Part shown: piece by piece, positions 17,361-32,652 of the stretch
How positions within the stretch are numbered: the stretch's first letter is position 1
How the letters are laid out: each line of letters starts with the position of its first letter
DNA from: the human T2T-CHM13v2.0 reference genome, Homo sapiens
Assembly: GCF_009914755.1 (NCBI RefSeq)
Contig: NC_060939.1
Strand: one strand, 5' to 3'
Length of the DNA: 64,000 nucleotides
Notes under the pieces: generated by a model
What the model was told of the DNA's origin: nothing
The model's input: only the letters and a program-made list of their open reading frames with translations
Database searches by the model: none
Position numbers and translations under genes: made by a program

Positions 17361-17753
17361 GTATTTATATTCCTCACTATAGAAAGAAAATTATTCTTAT
17401 TTACAGCACTTTCTGTGAGATATTTGGTGATTTACACGTTATTGAGTTGTACCTTCAACATAGAAATAAGTGCTATTTCAGCTGCTGCTGGTATGCATTT
17501 GACTTTCAAAAGGGGAATTGTACAAGTCAACTCTAGCATAATGTTATTGGTGGGGTCTAAAAAATTCAATCATGTTGCGTCATTGCAAGATTAACTAAAT
17601 GACTGGCTCAGCCTCTAATACTAACTGGTCAGGAGTCCAGTAGCTATTGCTTTGTATCCAAATTTGTATGGTATAGGATGTCTTATTGTGAGGTTGTACT
17701 GTATTTCATTTGTCTTTAAATACAGGCTAAAAAGGCAAGATCTCCAAACATAG

Positions 17754-18122
<369 letters not shown>

Positions 18123-18144
18123 TAACCATCATGAGGCACTTTCT

Positions 18145-18146
18145 TT

Positions 18147-18186
<40 letters not shown>

Positions 18187-18458
18187 AGATGGAGTCTTGC
18201 TCTGTCACCCAGGCTGGCACAGTCTCGGCTCACTGCAACCTCTGGCTCCCAGATTCAAGTGATTCTCATGCCTTAGCCTCCCGAGTAGCTGAGATTACAG
18301 GGATGTACCACCACTCCTGGCTAATTTTTTGTATTTTTAGTAAAAACAAGGTTTCGCTATGTTGGCCAGGCTGGTCTCGAACTGCTGGCCTCAAGTGGTC
18401 CACCTGCCTCGGCCTCCCAAAATGCTGGGATTGTAGGCATAAGCCACCACACCGGGCC
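18145..18458 (-). mobile_element. Alu (S-type) with long T tract
   Basis: Reverse Alu consensus. Confidence 0.95.
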
Positions 18459-18882
18459 AAATTCTGTATTCTTTAACATTAACTCCTCACAGTACAATGT
18501 AATTCATTCTTATGGAGATTCCCCCAGTTTAAATGTGCTGGACTTTTGTACCTTGCTTTCTTAGGTTTATGGACTGCAGACAGACTTGTGATTTTTGAAA
18601 CTTTTCACCACAGAAAGGAGACAGCTGGCACTGTCTTTTTCTGGCTTACCTTATGTGGAAAGTGGTCATGTTTACAGCTGCTCTCATAAGAAAAGAAAGA
18701 AAGAGAAATTGAAGAGCGGAACAAGAGAAATTAATCCTACTGCCTCTCCATAGTAGACTGCTACCTGCTCTTCCCAGACTTTTATCTTTCAATATTGAAA
18801 TCATCAAGAGGTTTCACTGTAATATCAGCACTGGTGGGCTGTGTCCCCTTAAGAGATTTCCAAGCTATTTATGTAGCAGCAT

Positions 18883-18912
18883 GTCATGTGACACCCCAGT
18901 TGCCATGGCAAA
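18883..18912. promoter_or_regulatory. M-box GTCATGTGAC plus RFX X-box GTTGCCATGGCAAA
   Basis: X-box matches 13/14 of palindromic GTTGCCATGGCAAC (18899-18912); M-box at 18883-18892; in unique sequence. Function not shown. Confidence 0.55.
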
Positions 18913-19809
18913 TATTTGTGTTTCATGAAAAATGTGGGTAAAGAAAATCAATGTAAATGGCCAAATCCCAAGACAGACAGGCCTTCAGGCGAGTGTTTGG
19001 CCTGCACCATTATTGTTTCAAATTCAGCTGTTTAACAGGCTGTGAGAAGGCCATGGGCTAATATGCATAATAGGAACAGGCGGAGGCACCTGTTTTGATT
19101 CTCACCCTGTTGGAGCGCTCAGGTCCCACAGTTTTATAGATAACAGATCTACAGGTAATACAAATATTATGACTAGGTTTTAGCCAGTAAATGGTTTACC
19201 ACGAAAAAAATAGTTTTAAATAATGACATATTTTCTGAATGCTAATGAGCCCTGGCTTTAATTTTCTCTGTTGACTTCACAAAGCTCTCCCCAACTGCTG
19301 GAAACAGTAATATTTAATGACTTTTTCCTGTGGTCCCAGATTGGTACAGCATTTCTAAATTGACTCTTCAATGGTAAATGTAATTTTTCACATATTTTGT
19401 GGGAAGTGTCCTGGGCATGGAAGTTAAAAGGCTAAGAGAAGGACTTCAGTATGCCAAGCCTCGTGATAGAGCCAGTACAGACCTTTGATCAGACACCACC
19501 ACAAAGCAGTGTGGTGCCACGCTAGTGTCCCCTAGAAGTGGGACTTGGCATCTGATTATAGTTGTTTTTGTAAATATTTACTTAATCAAACTCTTTCTTC
19601 AAAGCAAACGGGGCTTGGCAAACAGAGCATCGTTGTCAGTGTGGGAAAGGTCTTTCTAATTATTAGCTCCTGCCTGCGTGGAAAGAGAGAACAGGCTGGC
19701 CCAGCGGGTAAAATGGGGAAGGGGGTGAGGCTCTGAGCCTTCTATTTGTTTTGTAAAATTGCCCATGAGAGTCGTTTTGATTTAAACTGTGTCTCATTCT
19801 TCATTGTAG

Positions 19810-19848
19810 GGGAAAAGCAGAAGGTCAAGAGGACATCATGATAGGAAG
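19810..19848 (+). CDS. IQCH: IQCH 39-nt microexon (about exon 8), phase 0-0: GKSRRSRGHHDRK
   Basis: Acceptor tctcattcttcattgtAG, donor AAG|GTCTGT; links KQRSK to AMKVK as in the IQCH protein as I recall it; too short for the ORF track. Confidence 0.85.
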
Positions 19849-20419
19849 GTCTGTAATTTGTGTGACTAGTTGAAATTTAGGGTCTGTCACCTGATGTCCC
19901 TTCCTTTTGCTGCAGGGCAAGAGTATGGGTGACTGCTTGACAGCTGGAGATGGCAACAAAAGTTCGTGCTTCCTTTGTAAAAGAAATTAGATCATGGTTT
20001 CAGGAAAAAAAAAAAAACATGGTTCATTTAAAGTGAAAACCCTTTTTTGCCTCCTTTTGGGACTGAATTACTTCTCAGGCTTCAGTCCAAACAAATGACT
20101 TAGCGTCCTTAAAATTTGGCTGAATCACATCAATCTTCAAATTCAATCAAAGATTTTCATCTTTTAAAAGTACACTTAAAAAGAAATAAAATGTGAAAAA
20201 TAAATGCGGTTGTCCCCCAGCACGTGCTTATATGTGTGCATGCATATAGGATGCACACACACATGCAACATACTGCATGTATGCTGTAGTACAGATGGGA
20301 TTTAGAGTTAAGCTAATCCTAACAACTAAGGTTATAAAAACATTGGAAAAATGAAATAGCCCCCACAATATGGCAAGTACATGCCAGCAAGGAACATTCC
20401 ACAAGGCCATGCATGGGTA

Positions 20420-20590
20420 ATAAAAGTCCTGAACTTGAAGTAGGAATGCACCTGATTCTCCTTTGAGCAAGTCACTTGACTTCTCTGCTCTTCACTTTCC
20501 TCCTCTGACAAATGAGGATAAAGCTTCCTTCACATAGAGTTGCTGCAAGGATCAGATGCATTAATGTGTGTGAAAGTGTTTTGGAAAAGT
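20420..20590 (+). mobile_element. MIR
   Basis: Core ttgagcaagtcacttgacttctctg...tttcctcctctgacaaatgaggataa. Confidence 0.75.
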
Positions 20591-21179
20591 ACTTGTTATC
20601 ATAACTCATTGGTCCATTATTAAGAGCATCTTCTAGGCCTCCCTTTCTTGGGGATCTCTTATCAGTAAGAATTTTACAGGGATCTTAGCCATCTGCTTTC
20701 AAGGAAAAAGAGCCCGCCTTTGGGGTCACATTTTATTCCTGCAGAGCTGTGCCTAGATAGAGCTGTATTTACATCAATGATTACATACAGTCCCTCTGTA
20801 CCTAGACAGATTGCTCCTTGGTAAACTAATCCGTGCAATTAGATCCTTCCTCTTACGTCCCTTGACGTCTTACTGTGAGAAAAGTGTGAGCTTGATTCTG
20901 CAGGTTAAAAATAGGATGTGTTTACGAACAGTAAGGCATTATTTATCTGGAATATTTGTAACTGCTAATGTTGACTGAGCATGTCCTGCATGCATGGCAC
21001 TAAGCATCTTTCGTACCCACTGAACCGTCATAGCAGGCAGAACCTATGTGCTGCAGTTGTCCCCAGGCCCACTCAGTTGGTAAAAGGGTGCAAAGGATCC
21101 AGCTGACAGAGTGAAGCTCCGGAGTTTGTGCTCTCTGCCTGTTCCAGGTTATGAATGCTTCCACATGGGTCAGCTTTTC

Positions 21180-21420
21180 AAATAGTACTACTACTGCTCC
21201 TGTTACTACTGCTGCTGTTGCTGCTGCGACTGCTACTTGCAGCTAACATATACTGAGTGCTTACTCTTTGCCAGGCTCTGTTCCTAATGTCTTAAGTGGA
21301 TTATCTGACTTCATTTTCACAGGATTTCTGTGCAATAGGCACTATTATCATTCAGTTAGTCATCCAATTAGTAAATGACAGAGCCAACATACAAAACTGG
21401 ACTATGTAACTACCAGAGCC
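21180..21420. repeat. (CTA/CTG)n low-complexity tail followed by a MIR-like remnant
   Basis: ctactactgctcctgttactactgctgctg...tactgagtgcttactctttgccagg. Confidence 0.6.
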
Positions 21421-22079
21421 CCAAAGCATTAGAAATTTTTATAAATATCAATCATTTTTATGGAAACATATTACATTTATTGCATTTCTAAAATATATTA
21501 CACTTCTGCCTAACTAATATAATTTAATCTTTTCTCTATTCAATATCATGTATACAGGTAATCAGTTTCTGTGTCTTTTACTGTTTTCTTCAATAACAGA
21601 CAGCAGTTACCACCCTTGCTGTTGTGTCTGCTTTCATCGGCTCCGACTTTAACAGCCTTTTCTATCTTATAGCTCAGTTAACCAAACCCAATTTAAGAAG
21701 TTGAATAAGTTTAAGTCAGTCAGGCTTTGCACAGGATCCGAAGAATAAAAAACGATAGTAGAGTTTGTAATAGTTATTTCAATAAATCTGAGGCATCCTT
21801 ATTTTCAAGAATCTAGTTCAAAGGTTTGAGGTTGTTAAAATTGCCTGTCAGGAAATAAATCTTTTTATTATCTTAAGGCAAGCATAAAAACTATGTTAAG
21901 ATTCACTCAATTTTAATTAATATTTTGATAATAAAAATCTATTTTATGGATAAAACAAGCAAACAAACAAATATTTATTCTACTATAGGAGTATAGACCA
22001 ACTTCATGAGTGTGTTTGCTTCTGGGAACAGGAAGAAAGAGGAAGGAGAATGAAAAGAAATACAGAGAGGATGTTAACT

Positions 22080-22103
22080 TTATATATATATAACATACAT
22101 ATA

Positions 22104-22143
<40 letters not shown>

Positions 22144-22146
22144 ACG
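22080..22146. repeat. (TA)n/(CA)n microsatellite
   Basis: Read directly from the sequence. Confidence 0.9.
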
Positions 22147-22606
22147 TATATTTACAGCAAAGACGACAAAAAATTAAACAAAAATGTGTCCGTGGTAGTT
22201 TTTTATATTATTCTCTATACTTCTCTGTGTGTTTAAAACTTTTCCAAAACATCTCCAAATTTAAAAAAAAAATCCAAATTGAAGAAAAATATAAAAGAAA
22301 ATCCTGTTTCCTAAGCCATCCTTGTGTTGTAAAATTTATATTGGTGTAGAAAGAATGGGTTTGGGTGATAACATTGTAATCTCAAATTTGGGGTCTCACT
22401 TCTCTTAGTCATTCTTTTCAATTGTTACTTTCTTTAGTATTTTCCCACCATATACTTCTGATCCTGTCATTTAGAAAACTGTAATTATTTTATGGGTGAG
22501 TCAGCTGAACTGTTTTAATCAGGCAATATGTGTGACATTAAACATATCACTGCCCCTATCTGCTCTCATTTCCTTCTATCTGTATAAAAAGGAGATTGGA
22601 TCAAAT

Positions 22607-22830
22607 CAGTGTTTTTAAGGGGCTTCCATATCCTCACCCTACAGCCCCAGGAAATCCTCACCCCATAGCCCCAGGGAAAGAAGAGAAGCAAAAGCTCCTA
22701 GCAATAGGGGGCTGTAGGCCCCTATATCCACAACACTTGGGTTTTCTATTTTACCTCTTTGCTATCAAACTATATGGTATTTGAACAAAGTGTTCGAGGC
22801 TTTAAAATGTATACTTTCAAAACCACTAGA
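22607..22830. mobile_element. MER103-like hAT element
   Basis: Ends cagtgttttt ... tttcaaaaccactag resemble hAT TIRs. Confidence 0.45.
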
Positions 22831-23202
22831 TGATACCTAGCAGCAGTTTTGGCTTTAACATGTCAAATCTGGTGGGGGAATAAGCCTACTTCTTAAAAGG
22901 CACAGGGTGCCTCCCTGGCTGACTTTGCTCCCAGCACAATTTAGTCTCCTTTCTTGTCTTGCCCTAAAGGGCTGGAGAGAGGGCAGTTCTTAAGAGAATC
23001 AGAGCTCTGCAACCTGGAGATACAAAACAAGATTCAAAAGCAAGTCCAAAGCTATTTTTTTCTCTTTTAGACTCATTCTCTCTCATAAAACTTCATTTAA
23101 CTTACCATCTTAAAGGAAGAAGAGAAAAGAAAAATCCAGACACGGAAAAAAAAACAAACAAACAACCCCTGTGGAATCTTTTTTAAAAAACACAAATCTT
23201 GA

Positions 23203-24265
<1,063 letters not shown>

Positions 24266-24910
24266 GAATCTTTTAAAAACAGTTACCATTTTCTCTAATT
24301 CATTAGAAATTGCCATCCTCACCTATGCGTTTTCATCATTAAACTTTCCAAATGAATTGAAATTATATAGTTTTATTTGCCAAACAATTTTTTTGAAATT
24401 CTTGTGGAACAATTTTTCTTGTAATTACCGAGAAAAACTACAAGGACTGTTTTTACTACTTTTCATAGCATTGTCTAACTGAACATTTTTATTACATGTG
24501 ATTAATAATTTTGCTTATATACAACAGAAAAAAGGTTAAATTATCAGCCAACAAGATAATCTGTATTTTTTCACTTTATCTCTTTCATTGATCAATTGTG
24601 ACCTGATCATTCATAGAAAATTTGGAAAATTCAGAAAAGAGAAAAAAAGTATAGAAGGATTTTTTTCCCCATATCACAATCCTTTGGTACTATTTAAACT
24701 TTGGCATATTCTTTTATTGGTATTATACTGTATATTCAACTCTGGTTTTACTCTTTTCATCTAATAGTTTATCATAAACCTTTACATATATGATTTAAAA
24801 TTCATAAAACATTTTTAGTGGCTTTATAATATCTTTATTAAAGATATACCATAATTTTCATCCTATTGCTTGACATTAAATTATAAATGTTACATTATTA
24901 ATAAATAATT

Positions 24911-25215
<305 letters not shown>

Positions 25216-25389
25216 GTGGAACTTCTTGATCAAAGGGTATGGACATTTTTGTATCTCAGTAGCCAAACTTTGCATTAGTGCTCCAAAACTCAAGCTATAA
25301 GTTTGCAAATAACTTGTATGATCATAGAACAGCTTTGTGCTGTGAACCCAGTCCAACTGGCTATAAGCTTAAATTTTAGTATTCACACT

Positions 25390-25595
25390 TTCATACATTC
25401 ATTCATTCAACTAATCCTTTTTGACCTTTACCGTGTGCCAGGCAGTGTACTAGATAGGCACTGGGGACACAACAATGAATGAAGCAAACCTAGTCCTTGT
25501 CCTCTTGGGGTTTATATTTTAGTGAGAGAGGCAATAATCAGATATTTAATATAATATCAAAGAGTGAGATAAGTGCTATGAAGAAAAATAAACCA
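25390..25595 (-). mobile_element. L2 3' fragment
   Basis: cattcattcattcaac...gtgccaggcagtgt...ctggggacacaacaatgaat. Confidence 0.75.
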
Positions 25596-25616
25596 GAATA
25601 CATATGTAGGTATAGA

Positions 25617-26035
<419 letters not shown>

Positions 26036-27050
26036 TCAAGCTTTACTTTGGTGATAATAGCAGTCCTTTTTGAGGCTTGCTCTTTTTCCCATACGTGTAG
26101 AGAAAATTATGATGTGTCTTTGCTCAGAGATCTGGGAATCCAGGCTGCTTTTGATTCCCATCCTGTCAGGCTTCCTGTCCACATCCCCAGCAGGTTCAAC
26201 CCATCCATCATAATTGTCCCCAGTGGTCCTTAACTATGTCACATTTTCTCAGAGAATATTAGAGGTATAACAGAAAAGATGAAATCAATGCAGCAGTAAA
26301 ATGAAATGTGTCTCTAGAAGGAAATTTCACATTTGACTGAAAATAGACCATCTATTTACAAAATCTTCTTGATTCTATTCTGTTTGATCTTCAACCAGAT
26401 TTTGATCCATCGTGTGTTTTTGTTCCATGAGAATGCATCAAAGGATGGGGATTTTTCTCCTCAGGAAGTGTTTCAGAGTTCAGGAAGACTCATTTGAATA
26501 AAGATACCTTTCAAAGCAATTGCAGAAATTATTCCTAGAAAATTGCTGCTGATCTGAGTGGCCTTTACGCTCAAGTCTCTTCTTTTATATATCTCTGCTC
26601 GATGAGTTCTGTTTTTGCCTTTTATTCTCTTTGTAAAGGTTAAGGACTCTGACTTCCACTTTTAATTGGCACTTAAGGATTACTTAGACAGTTTCTAGAT
26701 ATTATGAACTGAGAGCCATTGACTTGCAGGCCCCAGAATACTGGAACACTACTCTTTGGGGTTCTCTCCCCATGACCACCTTTACCATTAGGTGGTGTGG
26801 GCAGTCGTTCATCTATTTTGATTTCAGAGTTACTAGAAAGAGTTTTCTATCTGAAAAATAGAATACGAAAAAAATCCCCCAGGTTTTTTTCATGGTGCAT
26901 AAAGTGATGCCATTGGAGATAGTTGCCTTTGATTTGATGGCTTTACTGGCTCCAGAAGTTTATTAAAAAGCCAATACCCCTGCAGGGGTGACACATTAAG
27001 TCAGAGAGGCGTAGGGTATCAAAATTAGAAGTGCCCTGAGTGATCTCTTA

Positions 27051-27520
<470 letters not shown>

Positions 27521-27869
27521 TATCGTTCAGTTTTTTTAAAAGAAAAAGAAAAAAACAGCAGATCAAGGCCAGGTTGGCTCTGATGTACAAGGTGGTAGAA
27601 GGAAGACTAAGAAGAGCAAAGCTTAGTAAGGAGCCATATGGAGAGTTCTAGACAGTTTAGGCTGTGGGCACTGGTGGTACGGGGGTAGGGGTCAGCATGA
27701 GGTAGGGTGGGGAAGAGAAAGCACCCGATGGGAAGGAAGAGGGGCTGATGAAAGGAAATGGAAGCGTAGCAAAGACACACTTCTTATAGTACTTATTCTC
27801 CTTCCTTTGGTTATATATGGATTTGGGTTGTTTAGGAACAGAATTTTGTCTTATAGTAACAAAAATACT

Positions 27870-28170
27870 GTCTTAGAAATTAAGAAGATCTGCCAACTAG
27901 CTTTGTGATCTTGGGCAAGTCATTTAACCTCTCTGAGCCTCAGTTTCCTTCTCTATAGTAAAAACCACATTGACTAGGGCTAAGGCACTGTTAAAGGTTC
28001 TTGACACATACTGTAATCATCATAGCAACTCTGCAGGGACCTCTCATTTTTACAGATAAGGAAATTTAGGTTCAGAGGGTGTAGTAACTTGCCCAAGAGT
28101 ATGTAGCAGATATTGGCAAAGCTTGGATTTGAACCCAGGTTAGCTGGACTTAAGGCCAAGGCTAATTTCT
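27870..28170. mobile_element. Two MIR remnants in opposite orientation
   Basis: gtgatcttgggcaagtcatttaacctctctgagcctcagtttcc, then catttttacagataaggaaatttagg...ggatttgaacccagg. Confidence 0.8.
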
Positions 28171-28851
28171 CTGGGCCCGTAATAGCCTATTGAGCAAAAG
28201 GCAAGGGCAGTGACCTTCAAGTTCCCTTGTCCTCTAAAATTCAGGCCTGTGACTATGCTGAATTCCGGACCGCTGATTAGGTCAGCTAGTCTCTCTGAAT
28301 ATCATGTACATCTTTTGAACAATTCTAGCCAGCTGAGGTCCTGATGTTTATTCTATAGAAAGCTCAACACATTGTGGACCCTTAACACAATTTAAAAGCA
28401 GAGTCAGACAAATAGCATCCCTGGTCTTTGAGAAAGAATAAGGACTCCATCTCTGAGGGACATTCCATTCATATTCTAAATGCAAACTCTCATTTAGAGC
28501 CATAAGGTGCAGAAAGAACTTACTCTTTTTCACACAGTGCAATTGCCTGGGCTAATTACTAATGGATATGTTTGGGTATTTGAGAAACTGAACATTGGCT
28601 TTTAGTTTCAGAAGGAATTTAGTCTATCCTTCTAGGCAATGGAATGATTATCATTCTCTAAAGATGATATCCATGTGGTATTATCCCAAATACTTGGCCA
28701 TTTGCCACTATGAGATCCTGCTTGTATCTGATTATGGATCCAGTTTAATGCCACACCCACATACTGTCCACATACATGAAAAGAACATTTTTCATAAAGA
28801 CATTTGTCTTAGAAATGTGATTTTCTTTGTGGTAGTTATTTCTAAATTTTA

Positions 28852-29021
<170 letters not shown>

Positions 29022-29430
29022 TATTTCTAAATTTTAGAATGCAACACTGGGTCTATCTTTTTTGCTTAACATCTGTGACTTACTAACATATGTAATCATC
29101 ATCCTGCTTTCCTGTTTTTTGTTTTGGATTTAGAATTTTGCCTAAATAACTGCTCCAGAAACTCTCAAAGTTATCTAATTAGCGATTACACTTTGCAAAC
29201 AAAGAACATTTCCCAGCTAATTAGTTAGAGCAAGATGCTAATAATTAGGCCACAGATTTGGGCTTCATGTGGGCCAATTAGTGAATACAGGCATCTCGCA
29301 AAGGTATGATTGTGACCCAAGAAGCACCAGGTGAGAATACAATGTTTTGACAGAAATCCTTCTTGGCTAGAAGGAAAAAAAAATTGCCGTCAAGTCAGTA
29401 ATATCATATTGGGAGTACAGCACATCTTAA

Positions 29431-29590
29431 AAAAGGAGGGAAAGAGAGAGGAAGGAAGAGAAAAAGAAAAAAGAGAGAAAGGAGAGGGAAGGGGAAAGAA
29501 GGGAAGGAGGGAGGGAGAAGGAAGAAAAGGAAGGAGGGAGGAAAGAAGGCAGAGGAAAAGAAAAAGAAGGAAAGAAAGAAGAAAGAAAGC
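29431..29590. repeat. Polypurine (GA-rich) low-complexity tract
   Basis: About 160 bp almost entirely A/G. Confidence 0.95.
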
Positions 29591-32040
29591 CAACAAATAA
29601 TAGTAGATAAGTTCACAGAGATAATAAAGAATAACAGAATGAGCCAGAACCTGAAGCATGGCATGACCTTTAATCAGGGCTCTTATTCCTAGCAGGCTGT
29701 GAAGCAGCTTTGTCTTTACCTGCTCAATGGATCTCACAATGCTGATGCACTGCTTTAATTTGGGAAGCCTTTCTCTTGAGAGGCATGTCTTTTCTTGCTC
29801 CAAGTCTAAAGTGCTCCCAAGTGTGGCATTCTCTGTGACAGATGTACTACAGTTATGCTTTAGCTGACTCCAAACCGATAGCTTCCCAGTGCCTGAGTGG
29901 TCTGTTTGATGTCCAGGAGTATGTTTCCTTTGAGAGCAGGTCTTTGCTGGAATATCATCCAAGAAGGTAGAAAGGTGTAATCCCTTTGTTCTAAAACAGC
30001 CACTGATAAATTTTGCTCCCACTGCCACCCAAGGCTGTTCTTTCAGAAGGTCTAAAATACATTTGCTGATGTACGTAAAAACCCTAGACCCACCCCATGG
30101 AAAGGCACTGTCTGAGAGAGACGTGAGTTCTCTCCTTTCTCAACTTCTGCCAAGGTTGTCCCATTTTCATAGATGGTCCTAATTCCACATGTCTCGCTGT
30201 GAAGATAAGAAGTTTCAGAATATTGCCAAGAAGACAAGATTCTCTGGCAAATCTCCCATCGATAGCTTTGCTTCTTATAGGTCTCAGAGTCCTGTTGACT
30301 GAATCACACGTGACTGGCAGGACCAGCCAGCTCCATACATGTCCATCTGTGATTATTTTGCATGTCTGTTTCTCACTGATGAAGCACTGTCATTCTTCTC
30401 TGAATTCTAATTCCTAGTATCAGAGACCGTTCCTGAAGGGAGGGAGCAATGTGGCCATAGAGGCCATTTCTGTTGGAACATGTGCCACTTGTCTTCTACC
30501 AGGAGTGGCAGCCTCTCCTGCCAGCACTGGTGGCTGCTGAAGGGGGCATTACTTCTCCAACTTTCTCTTGCCCATCCAAGAAGAAGGAATTTATTTTCAT
30601 CTACCAAGTAGCTTGCATTCTCTTCTGGCACCCTGATTAGATCAGAAAGGGATAGAAGCTTGGAAGGAAGATTTTTTCCCTCATTTTTATGCCTTATAAC
30701 AACTCAAGTTAAAAGTACACAAAAAGCTCGCTGCTGTTTAAAGTCTGCTTCTAAAGTGAAAGGAAATTTGCACTTTTGGACTTAACACTTGTTTTTCAGC
30801 ATTTTTACTTGAGATGGCAGTCTAATTAATTATTGCGCGGCCCAGGACCGGAGAAAAGAAAACGCGTGAATAATCTGATGTAGTAATACTCAACACAGTG
30901 CTGTGGCGTAATCGTTATGGATAAATTGCTGGGGGGGGGGTTTCTTTGAGTTTTTTGAAAACTCTTCAAAATGCGAAGAGTAATAATAACCCCACAGTTT
31001 GGTAAAGATGGGCTTATACATCTGAGAACGCTGACATGTTGAAAACAATCTATTCCTCACATACCTAAGCAAGAAGAAACAATTATTACAGTAAGTTAAT
31101 ACCGGGTTTACTGACGAGAACTCAGGGCCTGAAAATCTGTACCCTCCCTCTCCCCCAGCCCCTCCAAGCCATCAGGAACATTTAGATCTTGGGCAGAGTG
31201 TCTGTTTTCAGTAGAATAGGTTCTGAGAATTGAAATGTAGTGGTTTAACATAGAAAGTGTAAAGAACAAAAAAAATTGCTCAGCATCCGAGTCTTAGAAA
31301 TTTACCAATTATAAATAAAAGTATTTTCATAGCTTAAAATGTCAATACAGGTGGGAACAAAATGAAAAGCAAATGCTCCCTTGGTTTTGTTATCAGATTT
31401 GTGATCCTAATCCACCTGGGACAGCCCCAGATATGTTCCTAAGAAGAAACCAGACTTAAGAATAAAAGAACACGTGTCAAGAGAAACCTAAGAATGACAA
31501 AGGTGATAACATATAACATAATGTTCCTTGTAAAAATGACCTCTGGATATTAAGAGAAGATGGCAGAAGAACTATAAAATGCTAAAAAGTGATGATCTTT
31601 TATGAAGTCAGAAACAATTTTTAACGGGCACATTTGAAGTTATCCTAAGGAATGCGAAGAAAGGCTTCGCCCTGTTTTTCAGACTGGTGGATAAGTTGTG
31701 ATCAAGGAATCAGCAACATGCTTCTCAGACCATGCGTGCATGTGTAAAAACTAAATCACAGAGATTGGGGGTCAGGTGATTGTATCAAAGTAAACTAAAT
31801 GCATAATTTTTTATGACTGGTTTCCTTGAACAATTTTATAACACTTTTATAAAAATGTTAATAGATTTGAGTGATCTCTAAGATATCCATCTGGTAATGA
31901 GTTTTAATGATATATACTAGCTAGACTTTCGTATTATGACGTGTGTGTTAAATCAGTGCTAGGATTCATATCTTCCCACCATTGAATGCTAAATGATAAT
32001 GTAGTGTGTGTCTTGACCACTCATTTAAAGGAGATCATAA

Positions 32041-32652
<612 letters not shown>

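Noticed and set aside
21560-21705. Strong-looking acceptor (ttttactgttttcttcaataacAG at 21599) with a short open frame
   Set aside because: The in-phase frame stops after about 34 codons and no good donor precedes the stop; cannot be supported as an exon without RNA data.
22630-22718. Imperfect 24-bp tandem duplication and 11-bp inverted repeat (CCTACAGCCCC / GGGGCTGTAGG)
   Set aside because: Lies inside a probable MER103-like DNA transposon, which explains internal symmetry.
27680-27715. G-quadruplex-like G runs (also 49855-49900)
   Set aside because: Four G3 tracts require a loop of 13-20 nt; weak and commonplace.
29390-30028. 212-aa minus-strand ORF with a hydrophobic tail, plus overlapping ORFs 29331..29600 and 29404..29664
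   Set aside because: Largely open because of the GA-rich tract; low-complexity L/F/S/P or E/K/R content; no splice or family support.
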